This document shows, in pieces, positions 1 through 14,186 of a stretch of DNA of 248,000 nt (within the stretch, counting starts at the first letter, position 1; each line of letters opens with the position of its first letter). The position numbers and the translations under genes were made by a program. The stretch is from Octopus vulgaris (taxonomy: Eukaryota). Below the pieces are notes generated by a model, which saw only the letters and a list, made by a program, of their open reading frames with translations, searched no databases and was not told the DNA's origin. The stretch covers positions 26,060,001 to 26,308,000 of the forward strand of contig OX597823.1 of assembly GCA_951406725.2 (NCBI GenBank), in the 5' to 3' direction.

Positions 1-23
1 TGTGCGGAAGAAAAAGGGAAGGA

Positions 24-54
<31 letters not shown>

Positions 55-3000
55 AAAAAAGGGTGTGTGATGAAAAAGAGAGAGTGTGTGTGTGTGGTTG
101 ACATCTATCATTGCTTCTGTAATGTTCTGAATTTAAATATTAATATTAAATATCATTAATTTCTTTGTTTGTAAATACTGATGTATTTTTATTATCAGAT
201 ATTTTTAGATACTCCACACGATATAACACTACAAGTATTTTGTTGTTTTGTTTTTAGCCCTTGGTCAACCCAGGTTAAGCAAATCAATGAATATGATCAG
301 TGCTATTCCTGTCTAGACCACACTCTATTTGTATATCTAGGAATGTTTTTCGCTGTGTTATTCATTTAAAAAAAAATGGATTGTATAATTTTAGCGAGAT
401 TTGGCTGCTATTTGTAGCAGGTCGAGCAACCGATTAAGTATTTCTTCGTTGTCTTGAATTTTCATTTTTTTTTTTTTTTTGTCGAAGCAATGAATCCCTA
501 CATTGGTGTCTTTATAGAAAATAAGGCCAAAATTTATTATTTGAGGTGTTTCCATTCCTCTACTGGTAACTTATAGCCTCATTTTGGAAGTGGATACAGG
601 ATACATGTATTTTGATGGAGTTGGATATTTTTCATATTAATAAATACGTTTATAAGCATTTTTGCCTGTTGCTTATTTTATACATATATATAAATGTCGT
701 TATAGACTGTTGCTGTATTCTTCTGACACACCACAGTTTTACTTTTTTTACCGCGCCTTTGTAGTCCTTGTGGCAAAGCAGAGATCATCCACAGAGTCAA
801 CGTCACGAACAGAGAAAAAGCAACATCCATTTAACGCAAGAAGTCTGTTCAGCTTCCAACATCTAAAATTAGGGCGAACTTTCATGTCGAAAATGAAATT
901 ATTTTCCCTTTACATCTTCGTGTGCGAGTATCTCAACACCGCCCCTTTAAATAATAACAACACCAGCACCAAATAAAAGAACTGTCAGCCCCCCCCCCCC
1001 CACCCGACCCTCATAACATCATAAGTGATAATGAGAGAGCCTTTGTATGGTCACTTGACTTGCTAGAAATAGTAGCCAAAATCGCCCTTAAATTAAACCC
1101 CACCGTCTTAAAAAAGAGAGAATAGATTGAATTATGCAGTTCGAGATTACTGGAGAGGTGGAGGGAATAAAACAAAGAACCGTTATGTCAGATGTCTGAT
1201 CATAGGTCTGCTCAATCACAGCTGACTTAGGGTTAAGCATCATGAAAAAGCTAATGAAACGATAATTATCAAAATAAACAAATATATAAATAGTGGCTGT
1301 GTGGTAGGAAGTCTGCTTCCCAACCACATGGTTTCAGGTCTCACTGCATGGCACCATGGCTGTCTTCTATTTATAGCCCCAGGCTGACCAAGGCTTTGTG
1401 AATGAATTTGACAGACAAAAATCGACAGAAGCCTGTCGTGTGCGCGCACGCGAGTGTGTGTGTATTTATCTGTATTTGTCCACCACTACCACCTGACAAC
1501 CGGTGTTGGTTTGTTTTATGTAACTTAGCAGTTGGGCAAAAGAGACTGATCGAATAAGTATCAGGCATTAAAAAAAAAAAAGTAATGGGGTTGATTTGTT
1601 CGATTAAACCCTTTAAAACGATGCCTCAGCATGACCACAGTCAAGCGTCCGAAACAAGTAAGATTCAAGCAATAAGCAGCACCATTAGCAAATTGGATAG
1701 AATGATTCAAAGCATTTCTTTTGATTCACTGTGCTCAGATCCAATTGAGGAAAACTTTGCCTATCACCTTTTTGGAATATGAACCTAGGGTGATGGACTG
1801 GCACCACAAAAAGGGACACCAGAGAAGATACCTTGTAGCACTTGCTTGTGTTCTAAGTTGAAGCTCAGCCATAGTTTTAGAGTTGTAGATAGTTACCTGG
1901 TTTAACAAGACCACCTGGCAGCATGAGTGCCTTAGCAAAGTTGCAAGTGCACAGGCCAGGTCTTCCTTATCTCCCACCAGTCTCAGAGGCCTCATAAAAG
2001 CGTCATGAGCCATTACCTTACCCCATGACTAACAGTCAATATAAAAAAATGTTTAAATCTCTTACTATCCCAACCACATTTAGCAACTTGCTTGAAACCA
2101 TCCAGGTTCTATGATACAAATTTCATGTTTTTAATTGATCTAAATTTAAACCTTCACTCAAAATTTCATGTTAATTCAAGTTTCAAACACTAACTTAAGT
2201 CATTTTACTAAATTCTTCATTATTTTGATAATTGATTGAAACAGGGACAGTGTACTTCAATAGAAATATGGTACCAAAAGAGTTAACATTTGCAACTCCA
2301 GATATTGCATATTATATAAATTGTAACACACAACCATTCATTTCTACCACAGGCACAAAACCAGGTATTTTAGTGGGAGAAAGGACTTGATTGGTATTTT
2401 ATTTTATCAACCCTCAATGGTTTCTGATTTTGACATAAGGCCAATAATTTAGAGGGCAAGGGATTAGTCAAAACCACAGACCCCACAACTTGATAGGTAC
2501 ATTATTTTATTAACCCTGGTATCTCTTCTGATTCTTTATGTTCTGAGATCAAGTCCTGCTAAAGTCAATTTTGTCTTCCATCCTTTTGGCAGTCAATGAA
2601 ATAAAGTATCGATCAAGCATTGCCTTATTATTATTATTATGAAGCTTCTCATTTTAAATTATCTTATTGCCAGTTTTTATAAAATTAATTATAGTAAGTA
2701 ATGTTATATAGATATATTAAAATATTCAGCTTCTGTACATTTTTAGGCATTTCTTAAAGTAGTATTATAAGAATTCCTTTCATTACAACTGTCATTTATA
2801 AACATTAGCAGAACTCTGCTTCTGTGTTGTAAGCAGAAAGAAAGGCCATGTGTGTCAGACAAGATATGTGTAATGTATCCATCAAGATAGAGCACTTCTT
2901 TCCTTTTAGCTTTATATTTAGTCACCATCATCCTTTTAATGTCCACTTTTCCATGCTTGCATGGGTTTGATAGAATTTAAGGTAGATTTGTTAAGGCCAG

Positions 3001-4389
3001 ATACTCTTCCTGTCACCAAGCCATACCTGTTTCCAAGCAAGGTAATATTTCTCAATGGCTAGACATGTTTTCTCAGAATATTGGAAACAACCATTCATTT
3101 ACAACAATCACAAGTAAAAACACAAACACACACACACGACAGGCTGCTTTCAATTTCTGACTACCAAATCCACTCACAAGACTTTGGTGGGCTCAGGACT
3201 ATAGAAGACATTTTGCCCAAGGTGCCATGCAGTGGAACTGAACTAGTAATGTGGTTAGGGAGCAAGCTTCTTAACCACATAGCCATATCTGCACATACAT
3301 GTATGTATACATGCATGTAAACACACACAATTACACAAGTATACCTGTGTCACAAATATAAGTTTCATTAATTACAAAGAATGGTGGGTGCACCTTTCAA
3401 AATGACAGACAAAACCAATGATAAATTGTACTGAGTTTGTATTTAATAGCAAAAGGCTGAGACCAATAATTCATAAACGTGATTGTGCTATATAAGCACA
3501 TCACTTCTCCTGGTCCACCGAATGGCTGCCACTACTAGCAAACACATGTACCATTGACTTATTTTAATCAATCTTAACTATAAAAGGATAGTAAAAACAT
3601 AAATGGGATTATAAATAATTTCATTATCAAAAACTTGTTCTTGAAATACTTTCATAACTGGAATTTGTTGGGTTTTTTTTTAACACACACACACATATTG
3701 ATGAATTTATTTTTGAAATAACATGACAAACAAGCAATATCAGAAGTGCATGGCATTTCCAAAGGCATCAACTGTTGAGTTAAACTGTTGATAATGCATT
3801 TGATCAAACAATTAATGCTACAAAAACAACATTTTAACCCATATTTTCAGATTGTATTCAACTCCACAACTTTTATCCTTATTAGTTATTTTATAAATTT
3901 AATTTTGACATTTAATAACGAAAATATTTAAAGAATGGAAGTGTTCAATAATGAAATTATATTCTCAGTTATGTCTTTGATATTATCCTCTGAGTCTGAA
4001 GACAGTAAACTGATGGAACCAGTATTTGCTAGTAGTGCCAAACAATTTAATGATAATCATAAAAATGTAATTTAAAATGATAATATATTTCCAAAAATAA
4101 ATATTACCTTTGAATGATTTACATGTAATTATCATTATTCCAGAATTCCTTTCACTCACTCTTTCCTCCTGTTTGCCAGTGACAGAAGAGTGAGAAACAC
4201 CTCATCCTTCAACTCACTTTCATTTTACTAGTCATTCATTCTCTATTCATTGTTTGATACAGTATCCTCATCCCCCTCTCTCCCTCCCAATTTAATGAGA
4301 TAGCATATAAAAACATCACAGTCATTATTTTATATATGTACACCATGTGGCTTGGGTTTGCAAGCAAAGATTTATAGAGGAGACTGTCC

Positions 4390-5410
4390 ATGTCTGTTAG
4401 AAGCTTGCTGATGCATAAAAAGTCTGATTCAAGACAAACAAGCACAACTGCAGAAACTGCATGGCTGATTAGGACTGGTTGTGGTGTCCTTGCTTTCTTT
4501 CTCTTTTTTCTTGTCTGCAAGAATAGTCCTGCAGGTGTCTTCAAAGGAGCTGTTGCCCAGTGGACAATGAGATGCCAGATTTCACAGTCAGCAGCAAGAA
4601 CAGACCTCTGGTGGTAATCTATGTAGTCAGCACCAAGCAATTTCTTTAGGGAGCCCTTGTACCGCTTCTTTAGTATGCCTTTATCAGTGACCAGAGCTGA
4701 GTTCACCATACAGTGTAATCTTGGGAAGTCAATGACTCCCCATCCTGGTAGTATGTCCTGTCCAACGTAGCAGAGTTGTTTCAATGCTAGTGACCTTCAC
4801 CTGCTCTTGGACCAAGACATTAGTGGCATAAAATGATGCCAGGGTAGTTGCAATGGAATCACTCAAGTTGAAGGTGGTGCTCATAGATGATCCATGACTC
4901 TGAGCCATAGAAGAGAGTGGTCAGAAAGACAGCTCTGTATATACTAATCTTAGTCCCCTTCTTCAAATGGTTATTGTTCAGACTCTTTTGTACAATCTGC
5001 CAAATGCGTTGGTTGCCTTGGCCAGTCTGTTATTAACCTCCTTGTCAATTTCAGCATCTGATAAGATAGTGCACCCTAGGTAGGTGAACTGCTTGGCTGT
5101 CTTTAGTCCAGTCTCCCTGATGGTGATGTGAGGGACATGGTATTCTTGCTGTTGTGCTGGTTGATGCAGGACTTCTGTTATCTTTAAACTGATTTCTAGG
5201 CCAAAATGCTGGGTAGCTTCTGCAAGTCAAGGAGAGGCATCTTGCAGAGCTGTGTCTAGATGGGTAACAAGAATAGCATCTGCAAAAGAGTAATTCATGG
5301 AGTTGCTCCAGTGTTTTCATGTGAACTTGCAGGCACCTCAGATTGAAAAGGCTGCCATCAGTATGCTACCAAGTGTAGATGCCATCTTCTTCATCAAGGT
5401 CTTCAGTGGC
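4390..5410 (-). mobile_element. Decayed RTE-clade LINE, 3' part of ORF (thumb and C-terminal region)
   Basis: Minus-strand translation resembles the RTE C-terminus (QL.W.GH..R...RLP...KKRYK..LK..L...W..LA.D), with frameshifts. Confidence 0.7.
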
Positions 5411-6260
5411 TAGCTGCAGCATCATACATATAGACGTATAGATTTTATGATCTATGGATCCTCTTCCATCAGTTTCAGCAGTGAGTATTCCAGTTGTTAG
5501 ATCACTTACATTACCTACTCATTCAATTAAGCACCTGAGCATTTCACACACTTGTACCTTTTGATGTAATTCTCAGACAAATAAGTATGATATAGCATAT
5601 GGTAAGGATACCCTTATAGTAAATTATAGGTGCAACCTATCCATTTGGCTTCCACATAGTTTCTAATACCCAATTTCATTCACAAGAGACAAAAAATAAA
5701 TCAACTCCACTTGTTTAAAAAAAAAAAAAAAATTCCATGTATGATTAGATGGATATCAGAGTATATCCACCTCAAGAATATAATAGCATTAGCAGAATTC
5801 AGAGCTTTGGAAAGGACAGGTGTAGTAATCAAGAGGTAAGAAAACAATGTCAAACAGTGAATTTTCATTTGACAAAATGAAGAAAACTATTACAGTATAC
5901 ATGTAAATACATAACATACTCCTATACAAAAGCACCACAGCTGTATGAAGAAAATTTAAATATGTTTTTACAAATCACGATCACCATTGATTCACATCCA
6001 TGTTTCACACAGGCATGCATTGGATAGTTTGACAGGGTCTCGTGGTTCCAAGTGGTCCCATGTCTGCTTTGGCATGATCTCTATGGCTGAATGCTCTTCC
6101 TAATGCCTTTCACTTCACAGCATATACAAGGTGCTTTTTCATGGCACCAACATTAGTAAGGTCACCATGCTACTTACAGGACTATGAATCCGAAGGTGGG
6201 TGGCTTTATGCTAGGAGATGAGGGGTAAAAGTCTGTGTTAGGCGATGTTCTCTTTCTTTC

Positions 6261-6291
<31 letters not shown>

Positions 6292-9200
6292 TTAGTGGAG
6301 TATTCTGTGTAGTGTTAGGTGGGGATTCTCTCTACTATTTAGTGGAGTTTTGTGTCTCTAGCATTCGCGGGGTGTATTCTGTGTAGCTTTCAGGATCTGA
6401 TGGGTATTCTCTAAAGTGTTTAGTCGGGTATTGTCTGTGTTAGGCTGGTAATGTTCTCTCTGTAGTGTTTAGTCGGGTATTGTCTGTTTTAGGCTGTTTT
6501 GATGTAGAAGAACTACATGACTATTCAAATATTAGAAGAGAGGGTGGAAGGTGATCAGGTGGAGCTGGAAAGCAATAAAAATGGTGGCAATAGGGCATTA
6601 AACATTAAAAAAATATAACCTTGGTAATTAAGAACTTAGTTGATCACAAATATAATTAAACTCCAATATTATCACAATGCAGTAAATCCAGGTGGAACAA
6701 ACTTGCATGTAATAAAAAGCAAAAAAACATAAATCTAACAGAATTCATAATTTGAATGTGCTTTACGGTTGTTTTAGTGGAATAAAATATGTCATTATCA
6801 ATCATCATCATCATTTAATGTCCTCGCTTCGTGCTGGCATGGAATGGATGGCTTGACAGGATCTGACAGGGTCCAAAGACTACATTGTGTCCCCCGCTGT
6901 CTACTTTGGCATAGTTTCTATGGTTAGATGCCCTTCCTAACAACAGCCACTTTACAGCATGAACTGGGTGCTTTTTACATACCACTTGCACTAGTGCAGC
7001 TTGCAAACCTATGAACCCCAAGAGAGATGGTTTCATGCTAAGATTAAAGTACAAGAGTAGGGTCCCGGGGGGGGGGGGGTAGAACAGGTTTCTCACTGTA
7101 GAGGGGCCACATGGCAACTCACATTTCAGAGAGGGTGGGAGGTGATTGGGGTGGAATGAAGAAGAGATAAAAATAGTAGTAATGAAGCATTGGTGAATAC
7201 AAGAAGGGTACAAGGTGAGTAGAAGAAGTACAAACAAAAGGATTGGGAACGTGGGCAGGGAAAGGTTGTATGAGTGTATGGGAGAGTGAGAGATGGGGTA
7301 TGGGTAAGGAGGTGAGTAAAGAGAAAGAAGAACAAGTGTTGATAAGGTAGATGAGTAGGAGACAACTGTAGAGAAGGGGTAAAGTTGTGAGGTGGATGTA
7401 GTGAATGTTGGATAAGGGGTAGGAAGATGACCAATGATTATGGGGTGAAGAGAAACAGAATAGTAGTGATTATACAGTAAATGGGGGGGGTGAGATAGAG
7501 ATTGAGTTGGGTAGGTTGTATGAGTGGGTAGGAGGCAAGTATAGTGTATGGAAAGTGCAAGAAACAAATGGTGATGAAGGTGAGATGATTTGGTGGAACA
7601 GGGGGTGGGAGGTTAATATAAAGTGTGGATGGAGAGGACTATTAAGGATGAGGGGCTGGATATCAAGTAAAATGGTTCCAGGGTAGTGAGAAGGATTATT
7701 TGTACATAGTTGTATATATCATTATTTAACGTCCATTTTCCATGGCTGGATGGACTGACAGGGTCAACAAGCTGCAAGACTGCATCAAACTTCAGCTTCT
7801 AGGGCTCGATGCCCTTCCAAATAATACCAACCACTTTACAGCATGTACTGGGCTGCTTTTTCTTTTTCTTTTTTTTTTTTGTATCACTGACATTAATAAG
7901 GTCACCAGGTGACTTGCAATAGAGGAAAGTATAATAGAGGGAAAAGAAAAGAGAGAAAAAGAAAATACCCTTGAATAAGTTGGAAGGAAGAATATTAGGA
8001 TGAGGTGTAAGAGAAGTGTTGAGGTTTAAAAAGTATGGCAGAGGATAGCCCAGGTGTCTTGCAATAGACTACATACATGGATACTCTACATTATATGAGG
8101 GTGGGAATAGCTGGAAAGAGATGATGGTGATTAGATGCCAGAGTGTCTCAAGGTGATGTAAGAGAAGAGGAGATGGTCAGAAACATGGGTAGTGGGGAAA
8201 AACTGGAAATGCAGTTTGGTAAATATCAGTATTGGAGAAGGAGTAAAGTAAGAGGGATAGAAGTGGCTCAGGAAGGAGAGCAGATTGAAAAATAGGGGGA
8301 AGATGTACAAAGAGTGGTGGAAAAAGAGGTGCAGAGATACAAAGAGGGACTATAGTAAGTGGGCTGTGAAGAAAGTGTTGGGAATGATAGCATATATGAG
8401 AGGGAGATGGCTGAAGATACACAAAAGAGGTAGTGATCAATAGAAACAATGCAGGAGGAGAGGATAATGAAAATGAGGAATGGAAGAGGTCCTAGGGTGG
8501 GATGGAGGAAACTGGAAGTAGAGTTGTAACATGTACAGATTCTGCTCTCAAGTGATTACAGCAGCTGGCATTATCATAGGTAGAGAGCAGTAATGTGTGT
8601 TATATTTGGGAGAACGCTTGACAAGAAAGGCCTTGCACATACAAGCACAACCAAGGTGGTTTTAGGACATTGTTTTTGCATTGATAGATGGGTCTTCTCA
8701 AGCACAATCAATTGCCAATCATCTCGGTCCATATATATGCATTTCATACGTACACACACACATATATATAACAACCAGTGTTGGTTTGTTTGCATACTCT
8801 TAATAGAAACTCAGAGGTCTGGCAAAAGAGAGAGAATAAGTGCCAGGAATAAAAAGTAAGCACTGGGGTCAATTTGTTTGACTAGACCCTTCAAGGTGGT
8901 GCCTCAGCATGACTGTAGTCTAATGGCTGAGACAAGTAAAAGATAAAAGACACATATGCATGTGTGTACTCACACACTATCATCATCATCATTTAATGTC
9001 TGTTTCCCATGCTGGCATGTGTCAGATGGTTTGAGTGGAACTGGTAAGTCGGAGAACTGCACCCGGTCCCAATCTGATTTGACATGGATTCTACAGCTGG
9101 ACGCCAACCATTCCAAGTGTGTAATGGGTGCTTTTTATGTGCCGCCAGCATGAGTGCCATTTGCATAACACTAGCAACAGCCACGACTATGATTTCATGG

Positions 9201-9906
9201 GTGACCTTTACACGGCACTGGCAACAGCCATGACTACGGTTTCACTTGGCTCGACGAGTCTTCTCAAGCACAGTATATCGCCAAAGGTGTTGGTCAGTGC
9301 TTAACATACTCTAATTTGACCATGCAAACATAGAAATGTGGACATTATAATATATATGTAAATATATGTGTGTGTGTTATTTCACTTAAGGATTGATTGC
9401 AACACTAATAAGCTGGCATTAGAATTCAATATACGTATCCTTCAGAAAAAAGCATCAGTTGAGTACAGATCAGTAATAAGAGATTAAATATAAGACAAGC
9501 TGTTTCTGCTGTAAGATACAATGCACTCATAGTTGAATGCTTGTGCCTCAACCTATACTTTTTTAATGGTAAAGCTTTTCCTATATGTGTGTATGTGTCT
9601 GTGTATTTTTTTATTCTTTTACATGTTCCAGTTATTTGATGGCAGCACCACCCTGAAGTGTTTTAGTCAAACAAATCACCCCACCCCCCAGGACTTATTT
9701 TTAAAGTCTAGTACTTATTCTATCAGTCACTTTTACCAAACCACTAAGTTACAGGGACGCAAATACACCAACACTAGTTTTGTCAAGCAGAGATGGGGAG
9801 GGGAACACTGACACACAGAGATTATATACATAGATATGTATATATAAAAATACAATGGCCTTCTTTCAGTTTCCGTCTACCAAATTCACCCACAAGACTT
9901 TGGTTG

Positions 9907-10254
9907 ACCTGAGGCTATCGTACAAGACACTTACCTAACAATGGGATTGAACCCAGAACTATGTGGTTGGGAAGCAAGTTTCTTACCACACAGCCACTAT
10001 ATATCGTTGCCAGCACCACCAGACCTGAGGCTATCGTACAAGACACTTACCTAACAATGGGATTGAACCCAGAACTATGTGGTTGGGAAGCAAGTTTCTT
10101 ACCACACAGCCACTATATATCGTTGCCAGCACCACCAGACCTGAGGCTATCGTACAAGACACTTACCTAACAATGGGATTGAACCCAGAACCATGTGGTT
10201 GGGAAGCAAGTTTCTTACCACACAGCCACTATATATCGTTGCCAGCACCACCAG
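9907..10254 (-). repeat. 116-bp tandem triplication of a CORE-like SINE fragment
   Basis: Unit gacctgaggctatcgtacaagac...gccagcaccacca starts at about 9907, 10023 and 10139. Confidence 0.9.
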
Positions 10255-10515
10255 ACTGGCTCCCATGCAGGTAGCACGAAAAAAACACCTTTTGAGCGTG
10301 GTTGTTGCCAGAACCGCCTGACTGGCCCTCGTGCCAGTGGCATGTAAAAGCACCCACTACACCCTCAGAGTGGTTGGCGTTACGAAGGGCATCCAGCTGT
10401 AGAAACTTTGCCAGATCAGATTGGAGCCTGGTGCAGCCTTCTGGTTCGCTAGTCCTCAGTCAAACCGTCCAACCCATGCCAGCATGGAAAGCGGACGTTA
10501 AACGACGACGATGAT
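10255..10515 (+). mobile_element. RTE LINE 3' tail (5'-truncated) ending in (GAT)n
   Basis: Same 3' UTR as the RTE at 24375-26270 (gagtggttggcgttaggaagggcatccagctgtagaaac...gcggacgttaaacga(tga)n). Further copies near 10700, 20530, 27330, 87365, 101635, 126555, 149620, 151565 and 158128. Confidence 0.85.
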
Positions 10516-13500
10516 GATATATATATATAAATGCTTTCCCAAATAAGATTGCACTTCATTTTTGAAGCTCTGATGAAGCCATAGGGTGATACACAAGTAT
10601 TCAACTATGAATGCATTGCATCTTGGAGCAGCAACAAGTATAAGCTAGTGAAGTTCATTACATAATTTTCTTCTTCTCTGTTATTTAATTTCTCATATAT
10701 CATCATCATCACTTAACATCTGTTGTCCATGCTTGCATGGGTTGGATGGTTTTAACCAGGGCTGATAAGCTGAGGAGCTGCACCAGACTCCAGTCTGATT
10801 TGGCATGGTTTCTACACCTGGATGCCTTTCTTAACACCAACCACTCCGAGAGTGTACTTTCATGTGCCAGTCGCATGATACCAGTATCTGCCATAACTTC
10901 GATTTCACTTCGTTTGATGGGTCTTCTCAAGCACAGCATATTGCCAAGGGTCTCGGTCATTAGTCACGGCTTCTGTGAAGCTCAACGCTCTTGCCAATAA
11001 TAGACAAAACCAACCTAGTTATCTAGGTTACATGTATTGCCTGGTGGTTAAGAAGCTCAACTTACAATCGTGTAGTTTCAGGTTCAGTCCCATAGCATAG
11101 CTGTTTGGGGAGGTATATACTTCAACCCTTTAGCATTTTAACCAACCATATCTGGCCAAAATATTCTACTTGTTTTATGTTCAAACTGACCAGATCTAGC
11201 CTCTAACACCTACCTACCCTACAATGCCATTGTAAAAATAAGCAGTCACATCATAATCTTGAAGGTGCAATTATAATGCAGGATTAATTCAAATAATGTG
11301 GATTAATAAATATTACATTTGATAGAATAATCTGAATGCTAAAGGGTTAACCTGGGCCAAACAAAGCTTTGTGAATGAAATTGGTATAGAAATCATAGGG
11401 AGCTTGTTTGTGCGTGAGTACACGCTTGTTGATATACCATACTTGTCAGTACTTAGTGGTGATGTTGATGACATGTCTGGTCACTGTACATTCAAGGACT
11501 TCGGGGGGGGGGGGACTTTCACTTTAAAAAAAACATGCTGGTGAAGAAAAGGCAACTGACACTGAAATGCAACTCTTCACAAGTTTCCACCTATTCTATG
11601 CCAGCATGGAAAAATGGAGACAAAACAGATGTATGTCTACACACAAGCATATACAAGGATATACATATCATTTCAACTTCTACTTTCCTATGCTTGTATG
11701 GGTTTGCTGTTTGTTGAAGCAGATTTTCTATGCCCAAATACTCTTTCTGTCACAATCTTCCAACTGCTTCCAAGCCTTGTAATATTTCTCTTAGTTGTTC
11801 AAACATGAACATTACAATGGGTCGACGTGTTTTCAAAGAGGATTGTAAAAAAATTACAACACTTGTATAAGAGTGAAGCTTGTTGAAAACTGTTGCTCAA
11901 TGTCAAGGCAAGGGGATGCAAACACCTCTTTCAATGTCCATCTACCAAATTCGCTGAAGCCACTGGTCAACATGAGGTTGTAACAGAAGACACTTTTTCA
12001 AAGTACTGCATAGTAGGACTGAACTCAAAACCACATGGTCGGAAAGCAAGCTGATTATCTACCCAGCAATAAATATATGCACACTTATATACACATATAC
12101 ATGCTATGTAGTAGGGATAATATGGTTATATGTTTAAGAAGTTTGATCTGCAATCATGAGATCATGGTTATACATAACATCTTGGATCATTTTCTAGAGC
12201 CTCAAAATTGACCCATAATTTCTAAGTGAAATTGGTAGCTAGATTAGCCTTGTCTCTGACTCTATATTTAACAAATTAAGAATTCCATATTTAACATATT
12301 AAGTTTCAATATATTATTATTCATTAAAATAACTGTAAATGGAATGAATTTGCAGAGAGATAAGTTGACAAGAAAATGTTTGAGTTTGATATAGGTGCAG
12401 ACTAGCTTGTATGGTGAAGTTTGCTATCCATTATAAGTCACTATGGGCAAGTGTCTTCTACTATAGCCACAGGCTAACCAAAGCCTTGTGAGTGGATCTG
12501 ATAGATCGAAAGTCAAAGAAAACTGTCGTGTGTATGTCGTGTGTTCGCAGGAGTGAGTGAGTTCATATTTCCCTCGTCTTCATTGGTTGTAAACAATGTC
12601 CTTGCAAGCAGTGTCGTTTGTTTGCAGTTCTCTGCATAACTATGTTAAAGCAACATGTCTATTGCTCGATAGTCTGGAAGATTATTATCACACTTGAAAA
12701 CAGGTGGGAATTGGTGTGAGGAAGGGCATCTAGCCGTAGAAAATTCTGCTCTTACCAGGTCCATGCAAGAATGGAAAAGTAGATGTTAAATAATGATAAT
12801 AGACTACATACACAGATACAAATATCTATGCATATGCAGACCAACAGATACAGTCGTTCACGCATAAATCATCATACACAGACATATATTACATATATAT
12901 ATACACACACACACACAATTATATATCTATATATACACACAATTATATATCTATATATACACACATTTTTATATCTGTGTCTGTCTATTATCTAGCTATC
13001 TACACAAAGACTCTAATATATATGCACACACATACTCAGACATGTCCATATACACTAACACAATTCTCTCTCTCATACTATGTAATATAAACATACATAT
13101 GTATGTATGAATTAGAGTTATTGTTGCTCAATTAATTAGCCACTGCCAATTAATAGTGTCACTGAACAAGAAATTGAAGGTAGCGACGGTGAAGATGAAG
13201 GCATTAAACAGTAAACGATGCTGTGTGAATAATTTCAGCAGCAAATCATCTCTAGCTTGAACAACAATTACTTCTGCTACTACAACTTGAACAAAGCATG
13301 AACATCACTTTATCTCACTTCTACAAATACTAGAGCTGAGTAAGGCATGAATATCACCTCATCTCAACCCTACTTAACTGTAGATACGAGCTCAACAAAC
13401 GCCTGTATTACGTACGAGTATGGACATCGTATAATCTAATTTATCAGTCTTAGAAACCTGTGGCCTTGAGCTTACATGTTGCAAAGAAAGAAATCATCAT

Positions 13501-14154
13501 CATTATTATTGTTGTTGTTGTTGTTGTTACTATCACAGACAATAGCCATTATTTACTATTAAAATTATTCTTGTTACACTCTTGCCATTGTTGCTGTTGC
13601 AGCTACTATATACTAAGAAACCAAAGAGGTCTCTATGTTAGTAGTTCGACATGCTAGAAATAGTAGCCAACTTTTTTTATCAACTCACACCATATCTTAA
13701 AAAGGGGAGGATATACTAATGCCTAAAAAATACGAGATCATAGACTTGATCGATGAGATTTACCTGGGGTAATAATGCTTACAATAATATATTATTAGTA
13801 GCCATGTTATATTATTGTGAAACAAGTTACTACTACATTAGAGTAAGCGTTATTACATCTATTATTAACTATTTTGGGAAGAAAAACAACAAACATGTAT
13901 TCTATTTTTCATATAATTATTACTGCATAAACCCCATAACGTTTTGTAATTTATCCTTGTAATTTCAGAGGTTCACTTCGCCGTTTATCCTTCTAGGGTC
14001 GATAAAATAAAGTACCAGTCAAGTACTGGAGTCGATAGTATAGGCTAATCCCTAATTAGCTCTCTTCTGGCCTTATATCTAAATTAGAAACCAATATCTT
14101 CTAGTGTAAGTCATTCTGATAAAGGAAATCTATTGTTGTTGTATGTTAAAAACG

Positions 14155-14186
<32 letters not shown>

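Noticed and set aside
6815-8560. Long ORFs such as 6815-7567 (250 aa)
   Set aside because: Purine/pyrimidine-skewed low-complexity DNA; no domain and no splice context.
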